From the sequence record MK250021.1: a stretch of DNA of 64,000 nucleotides; one strand, 5' to 3'. Both the position numbers and the translations under genes were made by a program. Of the stretch, positions 27,797 to 39,800 are shown one piece after another (position 1 is the first letter of the stretch; each line of letters begins with the position of its first letter). Below the pieces are notes generated by a model. It was not told the origin of the DNA and ran no database searches. It saw nothing but the letters and a program-made list of their open reading frames with translations.

Positions 27797-28564
27797 ATGC
27801 AAACATCAAGTAAAGTTTCATACGATAATTGGAGTGATTGGAATTTAGGAAATTAGATAATGAATATAAGACCTGTTGGTACATATTGCTTCTGTGAACA
27901 TCATCATTGTCACCATCATCATCCTTGTGATTGTGTAGATTGTGAATTCTCAGAATCATATATTAAACCAGAATCTTGTTGTCATCATCATCCGCATCCA
28001 CCAGTACCATGTCCACCACATCATTGTGATTGTCATGATCCACATTTATTTCCAATTGATCAAGATAATGATGGATTTGTAGAAAGTGATATGATTCATA
28101 AACATCCAGAACCATATATTCCAGAACCATTACCAGGAGAAATTGGAGATAAAGAAGATGATACAACAAATAGAATGGAAGTAGGTGACGAAGTTGATGA
28201 TATTGATGATTCAACAAATTATTATGGTTCAAATTTAGTTGTAAGTATTCCTAAAGAAATTCAACCAGTAGAAACATCAGATGAAATTGATTCTATTTTA
28301 GATGAAGATACACAAGATGATATGGTAACTACTGATGAAGATGGTTATCATACATTAAGTGATGAAGTTCCAGCAGAAGAAGATAATTGGGAAACATCAA
28401 AAATGATTGATACTAATACATCTAAAATTATTGAAGAAACACCAGTTCCTGAATAGGAATTAAAGGAAGTTGAAACTATTCCATCTGTAGAATCAGTAGA
28501 AGAGAAACCCACACGTGGACGTAGAAGAGTTAATCGTGGAGGAAGACGTAAAAAAGAAGAATAA
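27797..28564 (+). CDS. His/Cys-rich, acidic, basic-tailed protein (255 aa; 2 TAG=Gln)
   Basis: CFCEHHHCHHHHPCDCVDC..CCHHHPHPPVPCPPHHCDCH; acidic middle; RGRRRVNRGGRRKKEE C-terminus. Confidence 0.75.
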
Positions 28565-28587
28565 TTTTTATTCTATATATAATAGAA

Positions 28588-28622
28588 AAGAGACTTAGAA
28601 CAAAAATACTAAGTCTCTTTTT
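28588..28622. terminator. Bidirectional terminator
   Basis: AAGAGACTTAG/CTAAGTCTCTT between convergent genes. Confidence 0.7.
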
Positions 28623-28660
28623 ATTTTTTATAAACATTCACATTTAATTTTACTATAAAA

Positions 28661-29287
28661 TTAAAGCATACATTCATCCCACCAGTCAGCGCGGAAAGTC
28701 ATATCACAAGACATCAAATCTGTACTGTCATAATTAAGTGTAGGACCAGGTACACCTGTTGTAGGGAAAATGTAATAGAATACCCATTGCCAATATGGAT
28801 TACCAGCACGATCTTGCATAGTAATAGTCATTGATGGCGCCACGTAATCTTTCTTAAGGCCTTCACGACCTGTAAGAGGATCATAAATAAGGTCAACCCA
28901 TTCACGAAGGAACTTATATGTGTAGTTCTCAGGTGAACCGTTATCATATGAAAGGTTAAGGTTAAAGTGTAATGTCAAGTCGACATTAGTTCTATCTGGT
29001 TTTGCACCAGCGAATGAACGTTGTGCAAATTTATACTTTTGCTCTGTTGCGTTAGCACCAAATGAAGTAGAAATCTGACCAACACTTTGTACACCTTCAA
29101 GAATAATATTCAAACGTTCATCATCTGTTGTATCAACCATACCTTGAGGACAACTTAATTGAACAGTAAACAAGTTCAAATATATAGGTTCCCATAATGA
29201 GGTAGATACACGGCTATTTCTAAAATGTGATAATCCTAACAAACCTGGAGATTTCTTAGGTAAAGTAGGTCCATTTGTTACTGCCAT
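28661..29287 (-). CDS. Putative tail tube protein (T4 gp19-like)
   Basis: 208 aa; EPIYLNLFTVQL, KYKFAQRSFAG, FLREWVDLIYDPLTG, DRAGNP, FRADWWDE; next to baseplate-like genes. Confidence 0.65.
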   Translation of the reverse strand: MAVTNGPTLPKKSPGLLGLSHFRNSRVSTSLWEPIYLNLFTVQLSCPQGMVDTTDDERLNIILEGVQSVGQISTSFGANATEQKYKFAQRSFAGAKPDRTNVDLTLHFNLNLSYDNGSPENYTYKFLREWVDLIYDPLTGREGLKKDYVAPSMTITMQDRAGNPYWQWVFYYIFPTTGVPGPTLNYDSTDLMSCDMTFRADWWDECML

Positions 29288-29440
29288 ATTATTATTAAAG
29301 TATATTTTATTTTATTTATCTGTGAAAAATAGGTAGATTAAATGTAGACAAAAATATTTTTTTATAGTATAAATTAAGAATTTAAAAAAAATAGAGATAA
29401 ATAATTAAGTTCAAAAAATAAATTTTAAATAAAGAAGAAA

Positions 29441-29614
29441 ATGAAGAAGATTTTATTTGTACTTGCTGCTGTTGTAACAATGAGTTTCGCTTCTTGTGGT
29501 AACAAGACTACTACATGTGGAACAGCAAATGATTCAACTGCAACAGATACTACAGTTGTTGATTCTACAGCTACAGATTCAACTGCAGCTGATTCTACAG
29601 TTTGTCCTATGTAA
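29441..29614 (+). CDS. Small Bacteroidetes-type lipoprotein with D-S/T repeats (57 aa)
   Basis: MKKILFVLAAVVTMSFAS-C lipobox, then NDSTATDTTVVDSTATDSTAADSTV; the antisense ORF in the track is the shadow. Confidence 0.85.
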   Translation: MKKILFVLAAVVTMSFASCGNKTTTCGTANDSTATDTTVVDSTATDSTAADSTVCPM

Positions 29615-29787
29615 TTCATAAGACAAACTTTATTTTAGAGAAGATTATTGTGTAATTAAAATATAACCTAATATAAGGTTTATATTAAACTAATTTTAGA
29701 GATATACTAAATATATTCATTTATATTTGGTATATCTTTTTTTATTTAATAAATATTTAAAATTTATTTAACTGAATTATATAATAT

Positions 29788-30684
29788 ATGGCAACATGGA
29801 ATCAAGCAGTTCAATAGATGGGTAAGTTTTATCAATAGAATATACATACATATCAAGGAGGTAAATCAGGACATGCGACAGGTGCTAGACGTTCTTATTC
29901 ATGTCCTTTAGTTGGACACAGTGTAGGAGATGATTGTTCAGGATTTACTTCTGCGTGTTTATAGTTATTTGGAGCATTTCCAGGCTCATATATTGTTTCA
30001 TCTAGTGGTTTTGCATCAACATCTGGTGCAACAGCCGCATATTTAAGAAAAGCTGGATTTTCACCGTTAAGATATATTAGTTACTCATCTTTATAGCCAT
30101 ATGATATTGTTGCAAGAAATGGACATGTTGAAGTATTTTGTGGTATGAAGGGAAGTTCACCAATGTCATACGCATGGGGAAATATTCATGATGGCATAAA
30201 TGGACATGTTGGTATGCCATGTTGGTTTTCTAAACAGTCTTATTCTATTGTATGGAGAAATTCTGGTGTAAGTATAGATACACCATTAGATTTTTCTTCA
30301 GTGTCTGGCGGTTCATTACAACAATAGATGAATTCTGGATATGGTACAGGTGGAACATTAAATGGGTAGACAGGTTCATAGTTTAATTATACATCAAATA
30401 CATATCCTGTTCATGATGAATATGAAACTATTTCATCTGGTAATGGTTCAAAATCTGTATTTGAAATTGTAGGTGAAAATACATTACGTATGGCATATAC
30501 AAATTCATCATATATACAACAATTAGATTCATCTAATTATTAGTTAAAAAATACTCGTATATATTCAACTAATGATGCATCTATAATATTAGATGAATTA
30601 TCAATACCATTAGATCCATTTGATACGAGTGTTAATACATTAGATTCAAGTGTTATTGATAATTCAGTTAAAACAAATAATTAA
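29788..30684 (+). CDS. NlpC/P60-type peptidoglycan endopeptidase, baseplate-associated (298 aa; many TAG=Gln)
   Basis: GDDCSGFTSACL, L*PYDIV (LQPxD), NGHVE; C-terminal module shared with the next gene. Confidence 0.75.
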
Positions 30685-30690
30685 TAATAT

Positions 30691-31731
30691 ATGGCTGGCA
30701 AGAAATTACTTAATGGTGTTTATATAACAAAGAAAATAATGGAAGCTTTTAATCTTAAAGATTATCAGGCTGCTGGATTTGCTGGTTGTTTTATGGAAGA
30801 ATCTGGTTGTGATCCCGGTGCATATAATGCCGCTGAAAAATCTGGAAGATTTAAAGGTTCATCAGCGAACGGTGCAGGTTATGGTGCAGGTCTTGCATAG
30901 TGGTCTAATGCATGGAAACGGTAGATATAGAGATAGTTTAATAATTCAAGGCCTATAGAAAATTGGACATTAGATTAGCAAATAGCTATTGTTACTAAAG
31001 GCTGTTCATAGTCTTTTGTAAATTTATTAAGAAAATGTACATCAGTAGGTTAGTCTACAGATATTGTTTTAAGAGGATATGAAAATGGTTCTGCAGGTAA
31101 AGGTACTAAATTACGTTCATAGCAATCAATGAAAGCATATACGTGGTGTAAGACATCATATATGGCAGATGGTAGTAGACGTACGTTTAGTGATGGATAT
31201 ATTGGTGCATTAACATGTAGAACATCATGGGCTAATGCAGTTTTAAGTAAAATGGGATCAGTTAATCTTGCAGATTTATCCGGATTAGGAACAGAAGTAG
31301 GTGGAGGATTAGGTGATGATGGCTCTTTTGGTTCTACTGGTGGAGGAGGAACTGGAGATTCAAACGCATATCCTGTTCATGATGAATATGAAACATTTAC
31401 TGGACAAGGTGGAAATATATTTGCAAATGCAAAAGATAATGCATTTCAATTAGCTGCTGATGCATCAAAATCTAAATTTTCATCTAAAGATTCTGAAGCA
31501 TCTAAGCATACACGTATATATTCTACAAATGATTCTTGTATTGTTTTAGATGAATTAAGTATACCATATGATCCAAATGATCCAACTATTGAATATGCAA
31601 ATCAAAATGTAAAAGCGGAAGATGTTAAGAAAGATACATCTACTAATGCAAAAGATAATACTAAAGACACATCTACAAATAAAAGTACAAATAAATCTAA
31701 TACTACAAAAAAGACAACTAAATCTAAATAA
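30691..31731 (+). CDS. Phage tail lysozyme-like protein (346 aa; many TAG=Gln)
   Basis: QAAGFAGCFMEESG..GAGLA*WS (GLxQW)..LD*QI..GYE; C-terminal YPVHDEYET..TRIYSTND module. Confidence 0.8.
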
Positions 31732-31733
31732 TT

Positions 31734-34700
31734 ATGATTACAATAAATGGTATTAAATATTTAAAAAAAGGAGAGACATCAAATGATAAAACAATAACGC
31801 ATTATTATTATACAGATTCATTAAAGAAAACTTATAACATAATATATAATGGCAAAAATGCTAAATTATATACAGATACTAAAGTATACAAGGATTCTGA
31901 TACAAATTAGATTATAAAGAAAGATTTCTTTAATTATACTATTGATTACGGAACAGGAAAATATGGAGGTGTTTGTTATTCAAAATCAGATGAAGATAAG
32001 ATATTAGGTATGGTCGATTCTGATAGTAATATAGATGGAAGTTCTAATGGAGATTCTACAACTGATGGTGATAATAGTTCAAACTCTGGAAATAATTCTG
32101 ATGATTCTGATAATAATGACGGTAATAGTTCAAATAATGGTAATGGAACAGGTGATGATACAAATGATTCTGATAGTAATGGATCTGGTAATAAAGATAC
32201 TAATAATAAAGGTATATTTGAGGATTCAATGGGTAATAAAGATAAAGATAATCCTCGAAGTTCATTACCATTAGGAGCAGATATTAAAGATCCTGATGTT
32301 ACAGGTTTTAGCATTGATGAAGTAACAGCGCCACATCCACGAGAAAACAATTGGTATAATAAAGGTTCTGTTTGTCCAATAATACGTATAAATGATCATT
32401 ATTTTTCTGATACTGAAATATAGCATTTTTCTATGGAAACTGGATATTATAAGTATTTTTATGATTATCAAGTATACCAAGCACCGTTAACAGGTGTTTT
32501 ACCAACTATGAGGCTTATTGTTACAACAACAGATCCAGGTTTATTAAAGAAAGATTTTATAAAGCAAGGTGATAGATGTAATGTATTTTTCTAGAGTAAT
32601 CATTCTATGATTAAATCTATGAGATGTGATTTCAGAATTACTAATGTTGTAACAGATTAGTTAGATTAGACGTAGTATTAGAAATATCAAACATAGATTA
32701 TAACAGGTGAACTTTATGTCCCGGATTTAAGAAATGAAGAAACTCGTTATAATTTTAATGGTTCATCAAGAGATGCTATGATGGATTTGGCAAAGAGATT
32801 AAGATTAAGTTTTTTCTTTTGTGATCCTGATGATACTAATGATAAAATGGTTTGGTGTAATTGTAAAACACCTGAAATGTTCATTCATGATTTAACAACG
32901 CATGCATGGAAAAATTCTATATCATTCTTTGAATCTTGGATTGATCCACGTTATGGATTATCTTTTATGAATATTAATAGATTATTAGGTGAAGATGGAT
33001 TTGATGAATCAATAGATATGACATTCTGGACTAATACATTTATTAATAATAGATCAGTTGATGGAAAATCTGCAAATGAAACAGATACAGAATAGAAAAA
33101 TAGTACACATATTCAAACAAAATGTTTTACTAATATTATTAATGATAATGAATCTGCTACAGTATATCATGTTAATAGTTGGAGATTGGTTAATAATGCA
33201 TAGGAAATACAAGATTTTGTTGGATTGAATTGTAAAATGCAATATTCATCTGTTAATCCTGGATTATTATCAGATGAGAATAATAATCCAAATTATAGTG
33301 TAGAATTTTCATTATGTTTAAATAGAACTAAATTTGATCCAACTAAAAAGGATAATGATTTTTATGTATTATTAGGACCTGGTAGAAATATGACATATGC
33401 GAGTGGCGATGCCGCCATGGGAACATCTGAAACACAATCTTCAAATAAAAATGAACCTGAACAAGTTACAAATCAAATGTCTGATGGTGATGCAGATGCA
33501 ATGGATAGTACAGGAAATAATATGATGTCTTCTGGTAATACACATCAATTTTATGAAGTTGCTTATGAACATAATATGAGAAATTTACTATAGTTATAGA
33601 AATAGTATTTACTTGTAGAATTAAATGGTGCAAACTTAAGTATTGTTCGCGGTGAAAAAATGCCTATTGTATTAATGGATTTAAATAAAGCAGAACAAGC
33701 TATTAGAACTAGTCAAGCACGTACAAAAATAGAAGAATGTATGTATGAAGCTGAATCCGGTTGGTATATAATTGATGGTATTGAATGGGTTTTTGATCCT
33801 GATAATGATTAGGGACAAGGTACAAACTGGCGAACTAATGTGAAATTAGTTAGAAGAGAATGGCCAATACCATCAAAAATAAAAGATGCAAATGGTAATA
33901 CTGTTTCAAAAAATGTCGCAAATAGTATTGTTTTGGTAGATATTGGAAACGGACAATAGATAAGAATGGCTTATTATGATGCAGTAAAGAAATATAGTTA
34001 GGAAATAAAAAATGGTGATGTCAAAATATTAGGTGGAACAACATCTGAAGACGCAGTTGTAATTGGTCAGAAAAAACAAAACATATCTTCAACTAATGAT
34101 GAATAGAATTCAGATGATCTAGAAGAAAGTGGTAAATTATATACTGCAAATGGTGTAGAGACTGTAAGTGCAGTTAATTTTAATCTTGATTTAATGGATC
34201 AATATGTAAAAGATTCTGATTATGTTGGTTAGTCTACAATACCTTTAACTGGTTTGAAAGATTTTATGAAAAATATTTATAAAACAATATTATCTGAATC
34301 CGATAATAAATGTAAATTGGTATCTGGAAGACGGTGGGCAGTAGATGAATATGGTAATAAGGTAAATGGAAATGCGTTTGTAAAGAAATATGATTATTAT
34401 AAATGTATGAATGCTATAGGTGAAGTAATGTATTTTAAAAAAAATAATTCAAGTCATTTATATGGTGAAGCTATTGATATTATTAATAATGGTATAGATT
34501 TTACTGAACTTATGACTAATGTAATAATGAAATCACCTGCGATATTAAAATTATTTTATGATAATGGTGTTTCTGCTTATATAGAGCAAGCAAAGGATGA
34601 TACAGGCGCAACTACTAAACATTACCATATTGGAACTGATACAATAAAACAACGAGAATTTTGGGAATCTGTTAAAGCTATATTAGGTTCTGATATGATT

Positions 34701-34823
34701 CCAGGAACTATGATAACATTTATGAACTATATGACAAAAAATACATAGAGAACAACAGAATTCTCTGTAAGTAGTGAAATAGACGAAAACACATTACAAA
34801 AAAATAGTAATAATGATAAATGA
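31734..34823 (+). CDS. Large baseplate-hub-like protein with C-terminal peptidase M15-like domain (1029 aa; many TAG=Gln)
   Basis: One frame unites track fragments 32010, 32778, 33225 and 34254, ending at TGA 34823; D/N/S/G linker; SGRR..SSHLYGEAIDI..HYH. Confidence 0.7.
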
Positions 34824-34827
34824 AAAT

Positions 34828-34858
34828 AAGGGAATAGATATTTGTAATCTATTCCCTT
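34828..34858. terminator. Bidirectional terminator at the major strand switch
   Basis: AAGGGAATAGAT/ATCTATTCCCTT. Confidence 0.75.
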
Positions 34859-34865
34859 TATTATA

Positions 34866-35831
34866 TTAAATATGTTTTCTTTTTAATATTTGAATAAATT
34901 CATCTTCAGTTATTTGAGCACCTGCTGCACCTTCATGTCCTCCACCATGATAATATTCTTGAAGATATTTACCACAATGGAATTCATGTGTATCTGTAGG
35001 ATTATACAATGAAATTGCCCACATACCATCAGGTAATCTCTTAAATACAATACCGTTTTTGATTTTATCTTTACATGTTTTAAATATCTGTGAATTTGTT
35101 GGTTTCTGAATAAACAAAGCACATGCAGATCGATTATCAAATCCTACAGTCCATGTAAAATCACCATATGAATTAATGAGGTTCTTATTGTTTCTATCAA
35201 TAATCTCTGATTCTAACTTACCTAATTCTTTAAGTTTCCCTAGTTCACATGCTAATTCTTCTGGTTTTGCTTGATATATTATATAATATACATGATTAAT
35301 AATTTCACTTACATTTAAATCATATTTATTATTAACACCAATGTTTACATATCTACAAAAATCAAAATTAATATTCTCCGCATCATAACTCCAGCTATCC
35401 CATGCAGACAATACTTTAAACAAATCCGGTATTCTTCCAATAAAATTATACAAATAGCTAAAAGCATTATATAATGCAGAATGATCGATTGTCCTTAAAC
35501 CCTGAATATCGTCAAAATGTAATTCTTTTGAACTATTAATCATAGGCGCATGATGGTCAAACCAATATAGTTTATCACCAAAATGTTTTTTCAGTTTAAG
35601 CATTGTTTCTGCTGTATCAAACGAAATATCTGATATATAAACATAATCATATACACCTATAATATCATTTTGAATATTTAAGTTCTCCATCCCATTATAA
35701 TCTTCACCTAATAGTGTGATCATATTTGGATGTATTCCTTTTTCAATTACAAGAAAATTATATATGATAGCCATCGAAAATAAACCATCATTATCTTCCT
35801 TGTGATATATAATTAAATATTTGTCATCCAT
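34866..35831 (-). CDS. DHH/DHHA1 family phosphoesterase
   Basis: YHKEDNDG, FDHHAP, WDSW, GGGHEGAAG. Confidence 0.85.
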   Translation of the reverse strand: MDDKYLIIYHKEDNDGLFSMAIIYNFLVIEKGIHPNMITLLGEDYNGMENLNIQNDIIGVYDYVYISDISFDTAETMLKLKKHFGDKLYWFDHHAPMINSSKELHFDDIQGLRTIDHSALYNAFSYLYNFIGRIPDLFKVLSAWDSWSYDAENINFDFCRYVNIGVNNKYDLNVSEIINHVYYIIYQAKPEELACELGKLKELGKLESEIIDRNNKNLINSYGDFTWTVGFDNRSACALFIQKPTNSQIFKTCKDKIKNGIVFKRLPDGMWAISLYNPTDTHEFHCGKYLQEYYHGGGHEGAAGAQITEDEFIQILKRKHI

Positions 35832-35843
35832 TATATTATTAAT

Positions 35844-36029
35844 TTAATAATTAGTTTTCTGTTTCTCTAACATTTCTATTGCTTTTGCTTGTCTATCTAC
35901 TGTCTCTTGAAGTTGTTCACACTTATATTTGTAATAATGAGCTTCACCAGCTGCAATCAATATACAAACACATGTAAGTCCCAATATATAAATATCAAGC
36001 TTATTAAAAATCTTTTTTATTGTTTCCAT
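35844..36029 (-). CDS. Small membrane-anchored coiled-coil protein
   Basis: Hydrophobic ILGLTCVCILIAAG followed by a coiled coil. Confidence 0.55.
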   Translation of the reverse strand: METIKKIFNKLDIYILGLTCVCILIAAGEAHYYKYKCEQLQETVDRQAKAIEMLEKQKTNY

Positions 36030-36040
36030 TTAATATATAA

Positions 36041-36742
36041 TTATTTTGATAAAGTACAATTATTAAAGAAAGTACAATATGATATATTAACTATATCATT
36101 ATATATAATTGTATCAACAAGTTCATCATATCTCAAAAGAGATGCTATGAAATTTTTATTATTCTGAAATTTAACACCTGGTTGCAATATCTTCGTTTCA
36201 TAATGCATCCATATATTAACATTATTAAACTTATTTTTTAATATATCTATATACTTATGATAATCATCAAATGTATTAAATACACCTTTAAATAATGTAT
36301 CTATTATGTTAATATCATTGAAATCAACACTATTTAATAAATTTAATTCATCTGTATTACATGTTTCATATATTACATTATTATCTTTATCATATGATTT
36401 TGTATTATATAAAATAAGTTGTATATCCTTTTCAGTTGTATTAATTATTTTTATATTTCTAACTATCAACGGACATGATATAATATATGATATAGGACAT
36501 AGTATGCAGTTCTTTTTAATATTACTATCAAATATTAATGTAACACCACCATCTGAATATTCTATATCATCTATATTATGAACAATATTAATGTTTATAT
36601 TATAATCATTCTTTTGTTTCTTTAATTTCAGTATATCATCTTTCCATCGTTTGAATTTTAATTCTCTTTGTTCATTTAGAACCTTTGAACCAACAGATTC
36701 ATTATTTACTATGTTATCAAATTCTTCGTCAAATAAATTCAT
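36041..36742 (-). CDS. Hypothetical protein
   Basis: 233 aa. Confidence 0.6.
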   Translation of the reverse strand: MNLFDEEFDNIVNNESVGSKVLNEQRELKFKRWKDDILKLKKQKNDYNININIVHNIDDIEYSDGGVTLIFDSNIKKNCILCPISYIISCPLIVRNIKIINTTEKDIQLILYNTKSYDKDNNVIYETCNTDELNLLNSVDFNDINIIDTLFKGVFNTFDDYHKYIDILKNKFNNVNIWMHYETKILQPGVKFQNNKNFIASLLRYDELVDTIIYNDIVNISYCTFFNNCTLSK

Positions 36743-36831
36743 ACCTTTTTAAAATTAATCAATAATTATATAGAAAAATGATGAAAAAGTTATATATTTT
36801 CTTAAAAATATTGATATTTTAACAATAAAAA

Positions 36832-36861
36832 ATGATTCCAGTAGAAGTATACTGGAATCAT
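36832..36861 (-). terminator. Terminator downstream of nrdD
   Basis: AATGATTCCAGTA/TACTGGAATCATT. Confidence 0.65.
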
Positions 36862-36887
36862 TAAAATATTAAAATAAAATAGTTAAA

Positions 36888-39800
36888 TTAAATATTTTCT
36901 TTTGGTAAATAAACACGTGTCTTTTGTTCTTTCTGACGTCCATCAGACCAATTCGAAATTTTAGTTAAATCACAATATACCCGAACTTTCATTCTATTTT
37001 AAAGGGGTTAGACTATACCACTAACTTCTTGAGTTACATCTTGGTAGTCGTTGAGGGCTTTTATTTGTTTCGTATCAAATAACTATCCCTGCTGATTATC
37101 CATTGTTATATCATTAGAATTTTTACACTTTGGTATCTAATGCTTTAGGAACTTCCAGCATATTCGATGTTTGCTATATATGTCACCATATATAGGGGCA
37201 TTTAATTAAAAATTTACCCGATTATTCTGTCATATAAACTTACATGAACTGATCCACACTTTGGACATACACTAAATGGTGTCTTTGAAATATATCCACA
37301 ATCTTCACATTTACAATTAGGAACATTAAATGTCCAATATTGACAACCATTCTCTGCCGCAAATTTCATAATGTGAACAATCTGTTTCTTAGACAAGTGC
37401 TCTGACAAATTGAGATGCGCTGCTGAACCACCATCCAAAAAATCTCCAATATAGTTCTTACCATGTAAGGTAATCTTATCAAAGATTGACAATGTTTTAT
37501 CATTTGGTTTGAATATGTAAGACGCATACAGGTTAGTGTCTGTTGGTACCCAATCAACTCTGTTACATGATTACATAATAATTTTAATATTATTGTTGAA
37601 TGTAATCTGATTTATTAATATATTCATTTAGATTTATTAAACCTGCATGAATTTTCCTATGACAATTTGAACATACACATACACATTTTTTTATTTCTTC
37701 ATATAGTTTTTCTTTACCTCTCCCTCGATGTTTACCTATTGTAAAATCTTTTTCATTTGGATCTATATGATGAAAATCTATACAACATGGTTCATATTCA
37801 CTACATATTATACATGGATTCTTTAATGAATATAACCATTCTGTTTTTCTTTTTTGTGAACGCTTATTTTTGTTCATTATGTATTTCAGGATGTGCTTTT
37901 CTCATCTATTTCCTATATAATTTTCTACATTCTTTACATACTGCACGTCCTTTTTCAAACATTTCTATAGACAATTCTTTACCACATTTATTACATATTT
38001 TTGTTGTCATATATATTAAATTATGTTTTATTATTTATCACCGGAACATGACAAAAATAACATAACCCAATTATATTAATAAACGCTTAATTATTTCTAA
38101 TCAAGTCTCTATGTTACCATAGAGTTCGGACTATTGCATAGTTTTGTTTCACAACAAAACTCCTTTTTATTTAGTCTCTCAGGCTGCCCATAACATTGTT
38201 GTTATTGCTTGCCCCTCGTTATCCTTACTACCGGTACCTAAGGTAATAAAATGTAAGGAACTTCGAGTCAATTAAAAAAGGTTTTACATGGACATTGTTG
38301 TCTATCCATCTTCAGAATCCCAATTATAATTCTTTATTGCCAAACTTTCAGCTGGTATACATTCAGTATTGAACGTTAACTTATGACCGTTAAATGTACC
38401 TGCAGCTTCTTGATTCTTTTGCTTTATATATCCAAATATTGTTTGACAAAGTTTTTCATAATGAGGATTTACATTACAAGTAATTCCTAAGAATTCTGCC
38501 ATTTGATTAAGACCATTCAAACCAATTGTTAAATATTGCTTATTCAAATTAATAAACCCTGCTTTATATACAGGTAATAATCCTGCGTCATACATATCCC
38601 AAAGAAGTTCATTATATGCTGTATGATATTTATATACTCTATCAAGAATATTACCAAAATATTCGCACATATCATCATAATGCTCTTCTACATTTTCTTT
38701 TGTTACTCCAGATTTCTTAACACTGTTAAACCAGTCTTGAGTTATGCGACTAAGATTCAGGGTTATCACACTTTTACTTCCTGTTTGACGTTTTCTCCAT
38801 ATATTTCTATATGGTCCGGGTCATATCTTATGTTTATTTAAATAATAAACATTGCACTATTTCGGCATTTAAAACGATTCGTTTCCTAAAACGTTACTAC
38901 GTATCAATAGTAGTCCTACTCCACCTGCTCATCACTTAGGGGATGACCTCCACACACATTAATAATTTTTATATGTTCTACCTATTAACATATTCCTAAA
39001 ATTATTCATTAAATAATTTTTATATTTACCGATTTTTAATTCTTCAATAGATTTGCCATTATTATATTGTTCTCTTAAATAAACAACTTCATCTTTAGAT
39101 AACAATGGTAACTTCTATTTACATTTATCAGTTCTAATAGGCATTTTTACATGCATATATGATTTTCCAAATAATATTTTATTAAATCCACTCCATGAAT
39201 ATAAATTACTATATTCTTTAAAAATATCATCTTCTTTTTCACCATTTACAAAATATCTTATTCTTATGTTTAATACTTCTTCATCAGATAAATTCTTAGA
39301 ATTTGCATGCATATTTCCTCTACGTGTTCTTCGATCTGATTTATAAAAATCATTTACTTTATCTGTATTATATTCTATACCAATTTCAGGTCTTGTATAA
39401 TAATGCCAATATTTTGAAAATCCACTTTTTGACATTCTATCTTTATACATTTCATATACTTCTCCAAAAGTATATTTCATAGAATAACGTATTTTTCTTA
39501 ATTCTAATAATTCATTATCATTTAATATTGCTTTGGGATGCTCCTCCCCAACTTTTATTATAGTTGCAGAATGTCCACCCAATGTAGAATTATATCCATT
39601 ATTATAACTATCATATAATTTAATGTAATATATTTCTTTATTATCAGCTTCATCCTAATTAGGAACATTATCTTCTAATATTGAAAAATTTGATTCATTA
39701 ATATTATATTTTCTCATTGCTCTATATAATTTATAATCACTATGTTTCATATCATTTAAATGTTCTCTTACTCTTATATGATAATGATGTGTCTACCCAA

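Noticed and set aside
32010-32250. CRISPR-like or tandem repeat array
   Set aside because: Irregular GAT/AAT/TCT repeats encode a D/N/S/G linker; no constant repeat-spacer period. No CRISPR array was seen in the window
31976-32350. Track ORFs antisense or out-of-frame to real genes (for example 31976-, 29425-, 11591-, 23604-, 48299+, 51867+)
   Set aside because: Shadows of longer motif-bearing genes on the other strand or frame
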